A stretch of DNA of 60,258 nucleotides from Patescibacteria group bacterium (GCA_023474215.1 JAMCYI010000004.1:1-60258); one strand, 5' to 3'. Positions 25,913 through 36,009 are shown, counted from the stretch's first letter. The notes: generated by a model from the sequence alone, not told the origin. Numbers and translations are program-made.

Positions 25913-26886
25913 CCTCATTCGAAAAGAATCTCCGCCGCTTCGAGAGCCAGCTTTCGAGCCGGAACATCAAAACGGCAAATTTCAAAGGACTCAAAGATCC
26001 GAAACCGGATGCCATCGTCATCTGCGGCATGGGCGGATCGGGCCTCGCGGGCGACATCATCCGGGAACACGCCGCAATCCTCAAGATCCCCGTTCCCGTC
26101 GTGACCCTAAAGAACGATGGATTGCTCCCACTCCCTTTCAAGCGCCCGTTCTATATTTGCATCTCTTTCTCGGGCAACACCGAAGAAACCATCCACTGTC
26201 TTACCGAAGCCTTGAAGGCGAAGAAAAAATCCGGCATCGCGATCGTAACGGGGAGAGGCGGGACAATGAGAAAAATTGCGGAAAAAAAGATGCTTCCGGC
26301 GTCTTATTTCGACCCCGGGGACTTGACACCGCGTGAAGCTTCTGGCATGATGTACTACGGAATAGCGAGCGTACTCCAGGCGATCTTCCCCGCAGTCGCC
26401 GTTCGGGACCTCTCCCGAACGATCAAGGCGGCTCAGTTTTCCGCACGCGGCATATCGCTAGCCGGGAAACTCAAAGGGAAAAATATTCTGGTGTATTCCG
26501 ACGAAGCACATGCGGCCCTGGGCTACATCTGGAAGATCAGCTTCAATGAAACAGGCAAGAACGCCGCATTTTGGAACACATATTCGGAAATCAATCATAA
26601 CGAGATCGTCGGCTTCGAAAACATCAAAGGGCCCTGGTTCGCCCTTTGGCTTACGGACCCCGCTCTCGAACGGAAGAATAAAGATAAAATAAAATTCGTC
26701 GCGCAAAAAATGAAACAGCGCGGCATTGAAAGCGCAATGATTCCCCTCGAAGGGAAAAATGACGAGGAAAAATTTTGGAACGGCGTCGCGTTCGCTTGGT
26801 GGACCGCACTCGGCCTCGCGAAGAAGAACGGCGTCGCGCCGGAAGAAACAAAAATCATCGACGAACTTAAAAAACGGTTTCAATAA
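25909..26886 (+). CDS. Bifunctional phosphoglucose/phosphomannose isomerase (SIS domain)
   Basis: GMGGSGLAG, SFSGNTEETI, K...NE.GK, E.NHNEI.G. Confidence 0.85.
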   Translation: MTSFEKNLRRFESQLSSRNIKTANFKGLKDPKPDAIVICGMGGSGLAGDIIREHAAILKIPVPVVTLKNDGLLPLPFKRPFYICISFSGNTEETIHCLTEALKAKKKSGIAIVTGRGGTMRKIAEKKMLPASYFDPGDLTPREASGMMYYGIASVLQAIFPAVAVRDLSRTIKAAQFSARGISLAGKLKGKNILVYSDEAHAALGYIWKISFNETGKNAAFWNTYSEINHNEIVGFENIKGPWFALWLTDPALERKNKDKIKFVAQKMKQRGIESAMIPLEGKNDEEKFWNGVAFAWWTALGLAKKNGVAPEETKIIDELKKRFQ

Positions 26887-26891
26887 CGTCT

Positions 26892-26975
26892 GGGCAGGTG
26901 GCGGAACCGGCAGACGCGCAGGCTTCAGGAGCCTGTGGGAGCAATCCCGTGAGGGTTCAAGTCCCTCTCTGCCCA
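26892..26975 (+). tRNA. tRNA-Leu(CAG)
   Basis: GGGCAGG acceptor, anticodon arm CAGGC TT CAG GA GCCTG, long variable arm, GAGGG TTCAAGT CCCTC. Confidence 0.95.
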
Positions 26976-27087
26976 CAATGAAAATTAAAAAAGTCGAATA
27001 ATTTTCAGAACTAAACACTCGGCGGGCCCCTTCACCGTCCGCGGTTTAGCACACACTCAATAAAAAGTCGTTAGAAAAATAAAAAAT

Positions 27088-28803
27088 ATGACTCCAAGAG
27101 GAGTAAAAACAAACATCAAACCGCCGGAAAAAGTGTCCGGCGACCACGTCCGCCTTGCGGCCCTCGGCGGACTTGAAGAAATCGGCCGCAACATGTCGTT
27201 CATCGAATACAAGAACGACATCGTCGCGATCGACATGGGCCTCCAGTTCCCCGAGGAAACGACGCCGGGCGTCGACTTCATCATCCCGAACGTCTCGTAC
27301 CTCGAAGAACGAAAAGAAAAGGTCAAAGCGGTCATCATCACACACGCCCACTACGACCACATCGGCGCCATGCCCTACCTTATGGGCAAACTCGGCAACC
27401 CTCCGGTATATGCCACGAGGATGTCGCGCGCCATTATCGAAAAGCGGCAGAACGAATTCACCAATGCACCGCGCCTCCGGGTGCAGGAAGTACGATATGG
27501 TGACCGCTTCAAGATCAGCGAGAACATCGAACTCGAATTTTTCGGCGTTGATCACACGATCCCCGAAACCATGGGCGTCATCGTAAAAACGCCCGTCGGG
27601 AATATCGTCCACTTCGCCGACTTCCGCATTGAATACAACGAGAAGGACGAGCCGCAAGGTCTCGAAACCTTCAAGCGCATCGGCGACATGGGCGTCCACA
27701 CCTTCATGGTGGACAGCACGAATGCCGAAGAAGAAGGCCATTCGCTTTCAGAAAAAGTCATCGAAAAGAACATCGAGATGCTCATCAAGCAGGCGAAAGG
27801 CAGGATCATCCTTGCAACCTTTTCTTCGATGATTACGAGAATCGCCGAGATCATCAAAATCGCCGAGAAACTCGGAAAGAAGGTTGCCGTGAACGGCCGA
27901 TCGATGCGGGACAACGTCCTCATCGCGAAAAACCTCGGATACGTCAAGACAAAGAACAAAGACACCTTGATCGCGGTCGAGGACATCCACAAATACAAAG
28001 ACAATGAGGTTCTCATCCTTTCGACCGGCGCCCAAGGAGAATCTTCCGCGGGCCTCATGAAGATCGTGACGGGAATCCACAAGTACATCAAGCTGAAGGT
28101 CGGCGACACCGTCATCTTTTCGTCTTCCGTCATCCCGGGAAACGAACGCGGCGTCCAAAACCTCAAGGACAACTTGGCGCGGCAGGGCGCGATCGTCTAC
28201 ACCTCATCCATCATCGACATCCACGTGAGCGGACACGCCATGAAGGATGATATCGATCTCGCTGTGCGGGCGCTTCGGCCGAAATTCGTCATGCCGGTCC
28301 ACGGTTATTACTTCATGCGATTCGCAAACGGCCAAAACGCCGTCCGCGCCGGCGTGCGGCCGGAAAACGTCCGACTTATGGATAACGGACAAGTCGCCCG
28401 CCTCACAAAAGAAGAGTTCGTCATAACGGGGGAAACCGTTCCAGCGAACTACGTTTTAGTCGACGGCCTCGGCGTCGGCGACATCGGCGAAGTGGTCCTT
28501 CGGGACCGCTTGCTGCTCGCTGAAGAAGGCATGTTCGTCGTCATCACGACCCTCGACCGGAAAACCGGTCGGGTCATAAAAAACCCGGACATCATTTCGC
28601 GCGGCTTCATTTACCTCCGCGAAAATCAGGAGCTTTTGGACGAGATCCGGCGGAAGGTGCGCGGCATCTTCGGCAGGATCCCCCGCCGCGAGGAAGTGGA
28701 CACCGATTATTTGAAAGCCCTCATTCGGGACCAGATCGGCCAATTCTTGTACAACAAGACGAAGCGGAGACCGATGGTCTTGCCGGTGATCATCGAGATC
28801 TAG
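27088..28803 (+). CDS. rnj: Ribonuclease J
   Basis: LGGLEEIGRNM, THAHYDHIGA, GVDHTIP, DFR, DSTNA, HVSGHA, PVHG, RRPMVLPVIIE. Confidence 0.95.
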   Translation: MTPRGVKTNIKPPEKVSGDHVRLAALGGLEEIGRNMSFIEYKNDIVAIDMGLQFPEETTPGVDFIIPNVSYLEERKEKVKAVIITHAHYDHIGAMPYLMGKLGNPPVYATRMSRAIIEKRQNEFTNAPRLRVQEVRYGDRFKISENIELEFFGVDHTIPETMGVIVKTPVGNIVHFADFRIEYNEKDEPQGLETFKRIGDMGVHTFMVDSTNAEEEGHSLSEKVIEKNIEMLIKQAKGRIILATFSSMITRIAEIIKIAEKLGKKVAVNGRSMRDNVLIAKNLGYVKTKNKDTLIAVEDIHKYKDNEVLILSTGAQGESSAGLMKIVTGIHKYIKLKVGDTVIFSSSVIPGNERGVQNLKDNLARQGAIVYTSSIIDIHVSGHAMKDDIDLAVRALRPKFVMPVHGYYFMRFANGQNAVRAGVRPENVRLMDNGQVARLTKEEFVITGETVPANYVLVDGLGVGDIGEVVLRDRLLLAEEGMFVVITTLDRKTGRVIKNPDIISRGFIYLRENQELLDEIRRKVRGIFGRIPRREEVDTDYLKALIRDQIGQFLYNKTKRRPMVLPVIIEI

Positions 28804-28808
28804 GGCTC

Positions 28809-28879
28809 GTCGCGTACCACCCGCTCAGGCTGTCTCCGGGGCGACGCCCAAGTCTTAGCCTTCGCAGGCGGTACGCGAC
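28809..28879. repeat. GC-rich palindromic hairpin after rnj stop
   Basis: gtcgcgtacc (28809-28818) / ggtacgcgac (28870-28879), with inner aggct/agcct. Confidence 0.55.
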
Positions 28880-28899
28880 TCACCATCAGTAGTAAAGTG

Positions 28900-28934
28900 C
28901 CCCCGGGAATCCTATGGACTCCCGGGGGTTTTCT
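28900..28934 (+). terminator. Intrinsic terminator hairpin 8 nt upstream of trpS start
   Basis: cccccgggaatcc-tat-ggactcccggggg-ttttct. Confidence 0.7.
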
Positions 28935-28942
28935 ATTCCATA

Positions 28943-29941
28943 ATGGATACTATGAAACCAGTGCTTGTGTCGGGCATCCAGCCGACGGGAAAACTGCATA
29001 TCGGGAATTACTTGGGATCACTGAAGAATTTCGTCGCGCTTCAAGACCTCGACGAATATCAATGCTTCTTTTTCATCGCCGACCTCCATTCCCTGACCGA
29101 AGACTTCAATCCGAAGGAAAAGGCAAGTCAAATACGGAACGTGGTCGCCGACTATCTCGCTGCGGGTCTCAATCCGAAGCAATCGGTCATTTTCCAGCAA
29201 TCGGAGATTCCGGCACACACGGAACTCGCCGTCATTTTGAACAACTTCGCCCCGATCGGAGAAATGGAACGAATGACGCAATTCAAGGACAAGTCCAAAA
29301 ACCAGGCCGGCAACATCAATATGGGCCTCTTCGACTATCCCGTCCTCATGGCGGCCGATATCCTTCTCTACGGCGCATCCGTCGTCCCCGTCGGCGAAGA
29401 TCAAGTACAGCACCTCGAGCTTGCCCGGACGCTCGCCCGAAGATTCAATGCAAAATTCGGCAAAACATTCGTCGAACCGAAGCCGATCCTCACGGAAGCG
29501 AAACGCATCATGAGCCTGGACGATCCGACGAAAAAAATGTCCAAGTCGCGGCCCCAAGGATGCCTCTTCCTCGACGACGAGCCGGATGTGATCCGCAAAA
29601 AGGTCCAGCGCGCAGTGACCGATTCCGGCAGCGAAATTAAATATGATCCGGAGCGGAAGCCTGCACTCTCGAATCTCATGAGCGTGTATGCGAACATGGC
29701 GGACGTCCGCATGGATCAAATCGAATCCGCGTTCAAAGGGAAGGGCTACGGCGACTTCAAAAAAGGCCTCGCCGAAGTCATCATACAAGCGCTCGCGCCG
29801 TTCCAAGAAAAGAAGCGGAAACTCCTTGCAAGCCCGGGCATCATCAAAAAAGCGCTCGCCGCCGGGAACAAAAAAGCGAGTTTGGTTGCCGATAAAAAAA
29901 TCGAGGAAATAAAAGAGAAAATAGGCATATCACTTGACTAG
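28943..29941 (+). CDS. trpS: Tryptophan--tRNA ligase
   Basis: SGIQPTGKLHIGNY, YPVLMAADIL, VPVGEDQVQHLEL, KKMSKS. Confidence 0.97.
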   Translation: MDTMKPVLVSGIQPTGKLHIGNYLGSLKNFVALQDLDEYQCFFFIADLHSLTEDFNPKEKASQIRNVVADYLAAGLNPKQSVIFQQSEIPAHTELAVILNNFAPIGEMERMTQFKDKSKNQAGNINMGLFDYPVLMAADILLYGASVVPVGEDQVQHLELARTLARRFNAKFGKTFVEPKPILTEAKRIMSLDDPTKKMSKSRPQGCLFLDDEPDVIRKKVQRAVTDSGSEIKYDPERKPALSNLMSVYANMADVRMDQIESAFKGKGYGDFKKGLAEVIIQALAPFQEKKRKLLASPGIIKKALAAGNKKASLVADKKIEEIKEKIGISLD

Positions 29942-29975
29942 GCAGCCCAACGATGTTATTATTTACAGAGTAATT

Positions 29976-30431
29976 ATGAGTATTGAAAATTTCCCGACCG
30001 AGCACCAATCAACATTCGAAGAAATGGAGCGCGAACTCGGCGACCCCGAGAGACTGCGACTCCCCGTCGATTTGGAAAAGTTGAGGGAAGAAGTCGCCGA
30101 AGAAGGACTCAAGAAGCTGATCGACAGCACCATCCAGTACTGCGAGCGATATACCGAAAGCGTCGCCGCATACAAGGAGTTGCTCACCGATCCTTCAAGA
30201 GACAAAGCCGACCAAGCGCAGCTCGATATGACGGAGCACGTCGTCCACGACGCGACCGTCGATGCGATCAACATCCTCGCGCGAGAGCTCAAGAAAGCGG
30301 GCTATGACACGCGTTGGATCGCTTCTTTCAGATCGAGAGCTGAGTATGGAAGGTTGGCTCTCCTCACGACATACCGAATTTTGGAAAGGCAATCACCCAA
30401 TAGAAAGGAGGGCGATAACAATGGAAAATAA
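29976..30431 (+). CDS. Hypothetical acidic helical protein
   Basis: Natural composition and codon use; start placed at MSIENF. Confidence 0.65.
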   Translation: MSIENFPTEHQSTFEEMERELGDPERLRLPVDLEKLREEVAEEGLKKLIDSTIQYCERYTESVAAYKELLTDPSRDKADQAQLDMTEHVVHDATVDAINILARELKKAGYDTRWIASFRSRAEYGRLALLTTYRILERQSPNRKEGDNNGK

Positions 30432-30609
30432 GATCCTCGGTAAAGCGGAAAAGGATGGCCTGGTCTTCAAATATATAAGGCTGGCCATCAACAAGAAGAA
30501 CGGCGCCAACGGCGAAGTAAGGAAAGAAATGGAAGAAATAAGGAAAATTCTTAATATGTCCCACGGGGACATCATAAAAGAGGCAAAACGACTCACCACC
30601 GGCGCATAG
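30421..30609 (+). CDS. Small hypothetical protein (62 aa)
   Basis: ATG 30421 preceded by AAGGAGG, overlaps the upstream stop; MENKILGKAEKDGLVFKYIRLAINKKNG... Confidence 0.6.
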   Translation: MENKILGKAEKDGLVFKYIRLAINKKNGANGEVRKEMEEIRKILNMSHGDIIKEAKRLTTGA

Positions 30610-30620
30610 TTTAAAAACCA

Positions 30621-30660
30621 AGGAGCGGTTTCATCAAAAGAACCGCTCCTACTTTTTTAT
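30621..30660. terminator. Intrinsic terminator at convergent junction with ileS
   Basis: aggagcggtt...aaccgctcct-acttttttat. Confidence 0.7.
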
Positions 30661-33600
30661 TCCGATCCAGATCGGGTCGCCGTCGAATTTCGTCTCGATC
30701 TCGACATCGAACTTGTCGGAACGCCTAAGAAGAATGTCCGAAGCGTTTATTTCTTTCATCAGGAGCTTTTTATTGCGCTCCACAATATTTTTAACCTCGG
30801 GTTGGGCTTCGACGAGAAGCGTTATCTTGTCTTTGGGGACAAACCCGCCGTCTTGGCGAAGATCTTGGATCATGCGCACGAGCTCGCGAACCGTTCCCTC
30901 TTCTTTGAGCTCCGGCGTGATCACCGTGTCGAGGACGAAATCCTCTTTTAACTTGGAGTCGAAGGTCACTTCTTTTACATTGATTTCATCCTTTAAAATT
31001 TCGAGAAGAGCCGCATCCATCTTCGATCTCGAATCCTTGACCGCGAGCGACGCGAGGGGCTGGCGTACTTTGATCCCCAATTCCGCACGCTTTGCGAGAG
31101 CAGCACTCGCGAGATCGCGCACCGTCTTCATGCCGTGTAACAATTTCGAGTTCCGAGTTTCGAGTTTTGGGCTGGTCTTAGGCCATTCCTCCAGGTGGAC
31201 CGAGAGCTCACCCTTCAAAGAGACGGACTGATAGAGCGCATCGGCGAAGAACGGCATAAAAGGAGCAAGGAGCTTGGTAAGTTCGGTAAGACAATACCGG
31301 AGCGTCGCCGACGCCGCGGCATAATCCTTCTTGTTGTCCGGCTTTTGGAGCCGCCTCCGCGAACGGCGGATATACCACCGCGAAAGGTCGTTCACGAACT
31401 CTTCAATCGACTTGCCGGCGCCGCCGATATCATACGCATCAAGGGCTTTGGTCGAAACAGCGATGGCTTCGTCGAGGCGCGCGATGACCCACCGATCGAG
31501 AACGTTCGATTTCGCGGTCGGCGCTTTATATTTGGCGCTTTTATCGGCGTACGTCCGGTAGAAAACGTACGAGTTGTACATCATGAGGATGAACTGACGG
31601 AGCACTTTCCCGAGGTCTGCTTCGTCGAAGCGCTTCGGTTCGCCCGGCGCATTCACGGTATAAAAATACCACCGGACGGTATCGGCGCCGTATTTTTGGA
31701 TCATGTCCCACGGGCTCACGGTATTTCCCTTTGACTTCGACATCTTTTGGGCGTTCTTATCGAGCAGGAGGCCCAAGGAGATCACGTTCCGGTACGGTGC
31801 TTTTTTCTTCAAGAGCGTTGCGACGGCAAGGAGCGTATAGAACCAGCCGCGCGTTTGATCGATCCCTTCAACGATGTAATCGGCGGGATACAGAAGCTTT
31901 GTCTTGTTCTCGAAAGGATAGTGGTCTTCGGCGAAGGGCATCGATCCGGAATCGAACCAAACGTCCGCGACCTCGGGAATCCGCTTCATCGTCCCGCCGC
32001 ATGTGCATTGAAAAACGGCTTCGTCGACGTACGGCTTATGGAGATCGATCTCGCCGGTATCGTTCCGGGGGATCATTTTGAGGCTGAGCTTCCGGATTTC
32101 GGCGAACGTTATAAAATCATCGCCCCGCTTTTCTTTTTCAGCGATCGCCTCGCGCTCCGTCCACCCTTCGGCAACCTGGAAAAGCATCCAAATCGGGTAC
32201 TCGTGCGTCACGAGAAGGATGTTCTTTCCTTCATACTTCAACTCGCATTCCTTGAGGAAATTCCACAAGCGCGTCCGAAGATCGCGGACCGACTCCCCTC
32301 CTTCGGGCCGCCGCTCGAATTTCGACTGAAAGGTCGGGAAAAGCACGTGGTATTTCTCATCGTGGCAGCCCATGAGGTCCGCCCCCAATTGGATCTCTTC
32401 AAGACGCTTGTCCACCTTCGCATCCGCCGTGCCCAGGATCCCAAGATCAATCTCATCGGTTTCCTTCGTCCGCAAAATATCGGACGTGATGACGACGTCG
32501 ATCTTCTTCCCTTTCCGGGCAAGCTCGTGCTTGAACTTTTTGATCGACAATTCGACTTGCCGCTTGCCACGGGCGGTCAGGTGGAATTTCGTTTTTGTCG
32601 CATCGATGATATCAAGGACGTTGTTTTCCGCTTCGCCGTGGCGCATGACCCAATAGCTGTTCTTCGGGCGGCCGAGTTTTTTTGCGAGCTCGCCGACGCC
32701 CCCTAAGACTTCGGTCCTGCCGCATTTTTTACAGACCCAAACCGGAAGCGGCGTTCCCCAATACCGTTCGCGCGAGATCGCCCAATCCTTGACATCCTTC
32801 AGCCATTCGCCGAATCTTCCGTTTTTGATGGTCGCAGGGACCCAGTTCACCGTCTTATTCGAAGCCAAAAGCTCGCGCTTCAATTTGGACATGCCGATGA
32901 ACCACGAATCGCGCGCGTAGTAAAGGATCGGCGTGCCACATCGCCAGCAAAACGGGTATTCGTGCTCGTACTTTTCGGTCTTTAAAAGGAAATTCCGCTC
33001 CTTGAGAAGTTCGAATATCTTTTCTTCGGTTTCTTTCGCCTTCACGTACATCCCCGCAAGCTCAGGGACATCGGCGGTGAATTTCCCCAACGTATCGACG
33101 GTATGATGTTTCGGCAAGCCGACCTTCGTTCCCAATTGGTAATCGTCCTCGCCGTACATGACGGCCGTATGAACGACGCCGGTCCCGTCTTCGGTCGTCA
33201 CGAAATCGGCCGGATATACCCGATACGAGCTCTCTGTTTTCAATTTTTTGACGTCGAAGAGCGGCTCATACCGCAAGCCGACGAGATCCTTGCCACTGAA
33301 AATATTGAGTATCTGGTATTTAGTATTGAGTACTTTATCTGCCAAAAGAGAAGCGATAATGTATTTTTCATCGCTCCCTTCAATACTGACTACTGTATAC
33401 TTGATACTCTCGCCAACTGCGAGGGCGACATTTCCGGGGAGCGTCCACGGCGTCGTCGTCCATGAAAGGACATAGGTATTGCCATCGGTCGTAAAGCTTC
33501 TGCCGATCGTCTGGTTCGGCAAAAGCCTGAACTTCATGTACACCGACATATCCTCGGTCGTCTTGTACCCTTGGGCGAGCTCGTGCGACGACAAGGCCGT

Positions 33601-34161
33601 CCCGCACCGCGTGCACCACGAAATCACCTTATGCCCCTGGTAGAGGAGTTTTTTCTTGTGGACCTCGGAGAAGATCCACCACAAGGTCTCCATGTAGTTC
33701 TTGTCGTACGTGATGTACGGATGATCCATGTCGAGCCAAAAGCCGATGCGCTCAGTGATCCGTTCCCACTCGTCCTTGTATTCCCATACCGACTCGCGGC
33801 ATTTTTTATTGAACGCCGCAATGCCGTATTCTTCGATCTCTTTCTTCGATCTCAACCCGAGCTTTTTTTCAACCTCGATCTCAACCGGCAGACCGTGCGT
33901 ATCCCATCCGGCCCGGCGCGGAACGGAAAATCCGGCCATTGTCCTGTACCGGAGGACGATGTCCTTGAACGAGCGCGAGAGCACATGATGGATCCCCGGA
34001 CGGCCGTTCGCCGTGGGGGGGCCTTCATAAAAAACGAACTTCTTTTTAGCTTTGTTCTTTTTGAGCGATTTCTCGAAAATGCCGTTTTCTTTCCAGAATT
34101 TCAACACCTTCTCTTCGACTTCCGGCAGGGAGAATGCGGAATTGTCCAAATTATCAAGCAT
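30649..34161 (-). CDS. ileS: Isoleucine--tRNA ligase (type 2) with inserted histidine-phosphatase domain
   Basis: FYEGPPTANG, GWDTHGLPVE, WTTTPWTLPGN, GTGVVH, DWAISRERYWGTP, KMSKSKGN; insert with MRHGEAENN. Confidence 0.95.
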   Translation of the reverse strand: MLDNLDNSAFSLPEVEEKVLKFWKENGIFEKSLKKNKAKKKFVFYEGPPTANGRPGIHHVLSRSFKDIVLRYRTMAGFSVPRRAGWDTHGLPVEIEVEKKLGLRSKKEIEEYGIAAFNKKCRESVWEYKDEWERITERIGFWLDMDHPYITYDKNYMETLWWIFSEVHKKKLLYQGHKVISWCTRCGTALSSHELAQGYKTTEDMSVYMKFRLLPNQTIGRSFTTDGNTYVLSWTTTPWTLPGNVALAVGESIKYTVVSIEGSDEKYIIASLLADKVLNTKYQILNIFSGKDLVGLRYEPLFDVKKLKTESSYRVYPADFVTTEDGTGVVHTAVMYGEDDYQLGTKVGLPKHHTVDTLGKFTADVPELAGMYVKAKETEEKIFELLKERNFLLKTEKYEHEYPFCWRCGTPILYYARDSWFIGMSKLKRELLASNKTVNWVPATIKNGRFGEWLKDVKDWAISRERYWGTPLPVWVCKKCGRTEVLGGVGELAKKLGRPKNSYWVMRHGEAENNVLDIIDATKTKFHLTARGKRQVELSIKKFKHELARKGKKIDVVITSDILRTKETDEIDLGILGTADAKVDKRLEEIQLGADLMGCHDEKYHVLFPTFQSKFERRPEGGESVRDLRTRLWNFLKECELKYEGKNILLVTHEYPIWMLFQVAEGWTEREAIAEKEKRGDDFITFAEIRKLSLKMIPRNDTGEIDLHKPYVDEAVFQCTCGGTMKRIPEVADVWFDSGSMPFAEDHYPFENKTKLLYPADYIVEGIDQTRGWFYTLLAVATLLKKKAPYRNVISLGLLLDKNAQKMSKSKGNTVSPWDMIQKYGADTVRWYFYTVNAPGEPKRFDEADLGKVLRQFILMMYNSYVFYRTYADKSAKYKAPTAKSNVLDRWVIARLDEAIAVSTKALDAYDIGGAGKSIEEFVNDLSRWYIRRSRRRLQKPDNKKDYAAASATLRYCLTELTKLLAPFMPFFADALYQSVSLKGELSVHLEEWPKTSPKLETRNSKLLHGMKTVRDLASAALAKRAELGIKVRQPLASLAVKDSRSKMDAALLEILKDEINVKEVTFDSKLKEDFVLDTVITPELKEEGTVRELVRMIQDLRQDGGFVPKDKITLLVEAQPEVKNIVERNKKLLMKEINASDILLRRSDKFDVEIETKFDGDPIWIGIKK

Positions 34162-34207
34162 TGATGCTCATTTTACCAGAAAATTTACATCTAACAACTC
34201 TCCCAAA

Positions 34208-34363
34208 CGGCTCTGATTTCTTCAAGAAAACCGTTGCGGAGTCCGAGCGGGCACGGTCCCAGCCAGTCCGTGGACCGGCTGGGGAGCGAGGATGAGGATG
34301 AGCACGAGCGCGCGTTTCACGCCGGGAAACGCGACGAGTGTTTGCGAGAAGAAATCAGAGCCG
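34208..34363. mobile_element. Palindromic miniature element between argS and ileS
   Basis: Perfect 16-bp arms cggctctgatttcttc / gaagaaatcagagccg; reverse-orientation scaffold aaaaccgttgcggagtccgagcgggcac...gcgagg...gagcgc...gtgtttgcg. Confidence 0.82.
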
Positions 34364-34372
34364 ATCCGTCCT

Positions 34373-35959
34373 CTACATCTCTTCCGGCGGCACAATACCC
34401 AAAAGGCGAAAGGCGTTCTCAAAAACGATGGCGGATGCGGCAACCAAGGCGAGTTTCGGCCGTTCACGCTCGCTGCCGATCACCTTTTCTTCTTCATAAA
34501 AATTGTGGAACGATTTGACGGCCCCCATGAGATACCGGGTAAGCCGATGGACTTCGTAATCCCGCGCCGACTCGGCAACAACATCGGGAAAAAAGGCAAG
34601 GCGGACCATCAGTTCGCGCTCGGCAACCGAACCCAAAGCACTGAGGTCTTGCGTCTTTGCTTTCACCGGAACGCCGGCCTTCGCGAGGATCTTTTTTGCG
34701 CGTACGAGAGCATACTCGGCATAAAACACGGGATTTTTCGACGAACGCTCCTTCGCCAAATCCAAATCGAAATCGATGTGAGAATTCGCGCCGACCGCAA
34801 GGAAGAAAAACTTCGCGACATCGACGCCGACCTCATCCACGAGATCCTCGAACGTGACGAACGTCCCTTTCCGCTTCGACATTTTGACAAACTCTTCCCC
34901 TTTCTTGATGAGAATGGCCTGCGTTATCACAACGTCCGATCTTTTGAATTTCAAGATGTCCGCGACCGCCTGGATCCGCCGCACATAGCCGTAATGGTCG
35001 GGGCCCAAAACATTGATCTTCCAGTCAAACCCCCGTTTTTTGGTCTCGAGATAGTGGCCGGCATCGACCAAAAAATATGTCGGGAGGTTATCTTTCGTAA
35101 GAAGCACCCGGTCCTTGTCGTCGCTAAAATCGGTCGTTTTGAGCCACACGGCACCGTCGCGTTCATATACCTTTCCCGACTTCCGAAGGAGCCGCAACGC
35201 CTTTTCAGGAAGTTTCTTCTTCCGAACGCTCCGTTCCGATGTATACCGATCGAAATGTATGCCGGATTTTTTTTCGATGACGTGCTTGATGCCCTCCAAA
35301 AAATCATCCGCCGCCCGCTCGCCGACGGCCTCCGGGTTTTCCCGATGCCGTTCCACGAACGCGCGGTTCCTGCCCGCCCATTCTTTGACGTATTCGCCTT
35401 GATAAAATTCTTCGGAGCTTTCGATGAATCCCAATGCGGCAAGGATCGATCTTCCGAGCGTTAAAACCTGATTGCCGCTGTCGTTCACGTAGTATTCGCG
35501 TTCGACGTCGGCACCGGCAAAAGCAAGGACATTCGAAAGCGCGGTTCCGTAAAAACCGCCGCGGCCGTTCGCAAGCGTCAGGGGTCCCGTGGGGTTTGCC
35601 GATATGAATTCGACTTGCACGCGCCCCTTGACCGACCGGGAAGAACCGTACTTCATGCCTGCTTTTATAATCTCGCCGATCTCCCTTTGAAGTGACTTCT
35701 TCGAGACCCAAAAATTAATGAAGCCGTTTTCCGAAACGCCGATCCGGTCCACCGCGTCGATCGGAGACCTCCGAAACGAATCCGCGAACTCGTTTGCCGC
35801 TTCCCGCGGAGATCTTTTTTCGGACCTTGCAAGCGCAAATGCGATGTTTGTCGCATAGTCGGCATCGGTCGCCTTTTTATCCGGAACTTCGACCGAAAAT
35901 CCGGTCTCAAGACCGGTCACCTCCTTCAGCTTTCTTTCTATTTCCTCTTTTATCGTCAT
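34373..35959 (-). CDS. argS: Arginine--tRNA ligase
   Basis: DYATNIA, GFINF, VEFISANPTGPL, EYYVNDSGNQ, YFLVDAGHY, GPDHYGY, KMSKRKG, NPVFYAEYA.VR. Start placed at MTIKEE (35959). Confidence 0.95.
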   Translation of the reverse strand: MTIKEEIERKLKEVTGLETGFSVEVPDKKATDADYATNIAFALARSEKRSPREAANEFADSFRRSPIDAVDRIGVSENGFINFWVSKKSLQREIGEIIKAGMKYGSSRSVKGRVQVEFISANPTGPLTLANGRGGFYGTALSNVLAFAGADVEREYYVNDSGNQVLTLGRSILAALGFIESSEEFYQGEYVKEWAGRNRAFVERHRENPEAVGERAADDFLEGIKHVIEKKSGIHFDRYTSERSVRKKKLPEKALRLLRKSGKVYERDGAVWLKTTDFSDDKDRVLLTKDNLPTYFLVDAGHYLETKKRGFDWKINVLGPDHYGYVRRIQAVADILKFKRSDVVITQAILIKKGEEFVKMSKRKGTFVTFEDLVDEVGVDVAKFFFLAVGANSHIDFDLDLAKERSSKNPVFYAEYALVRAKKILAKAGVPVKAKTQDLSALGSVAERELMVRLAFFPDVVAESARDYEVHRLTRYLMGAVKSFHNFYEEEKVIGSERERPKLALVAASAIVFENAFRLLGIVPPEEM

Positions 35960-36009
35960 AAATCTTATTTTTAGTATATACCAAGATGAGGTACTATGAA
36001 TACCATACG

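Noticed and set aside
28809-28934. Canonical T-box riboswitch for trpS
   Set aside because: It lacks the UGGNACC bulge and there is no room for Stem I with a Trp specifier. Kept only as a weak candidate.
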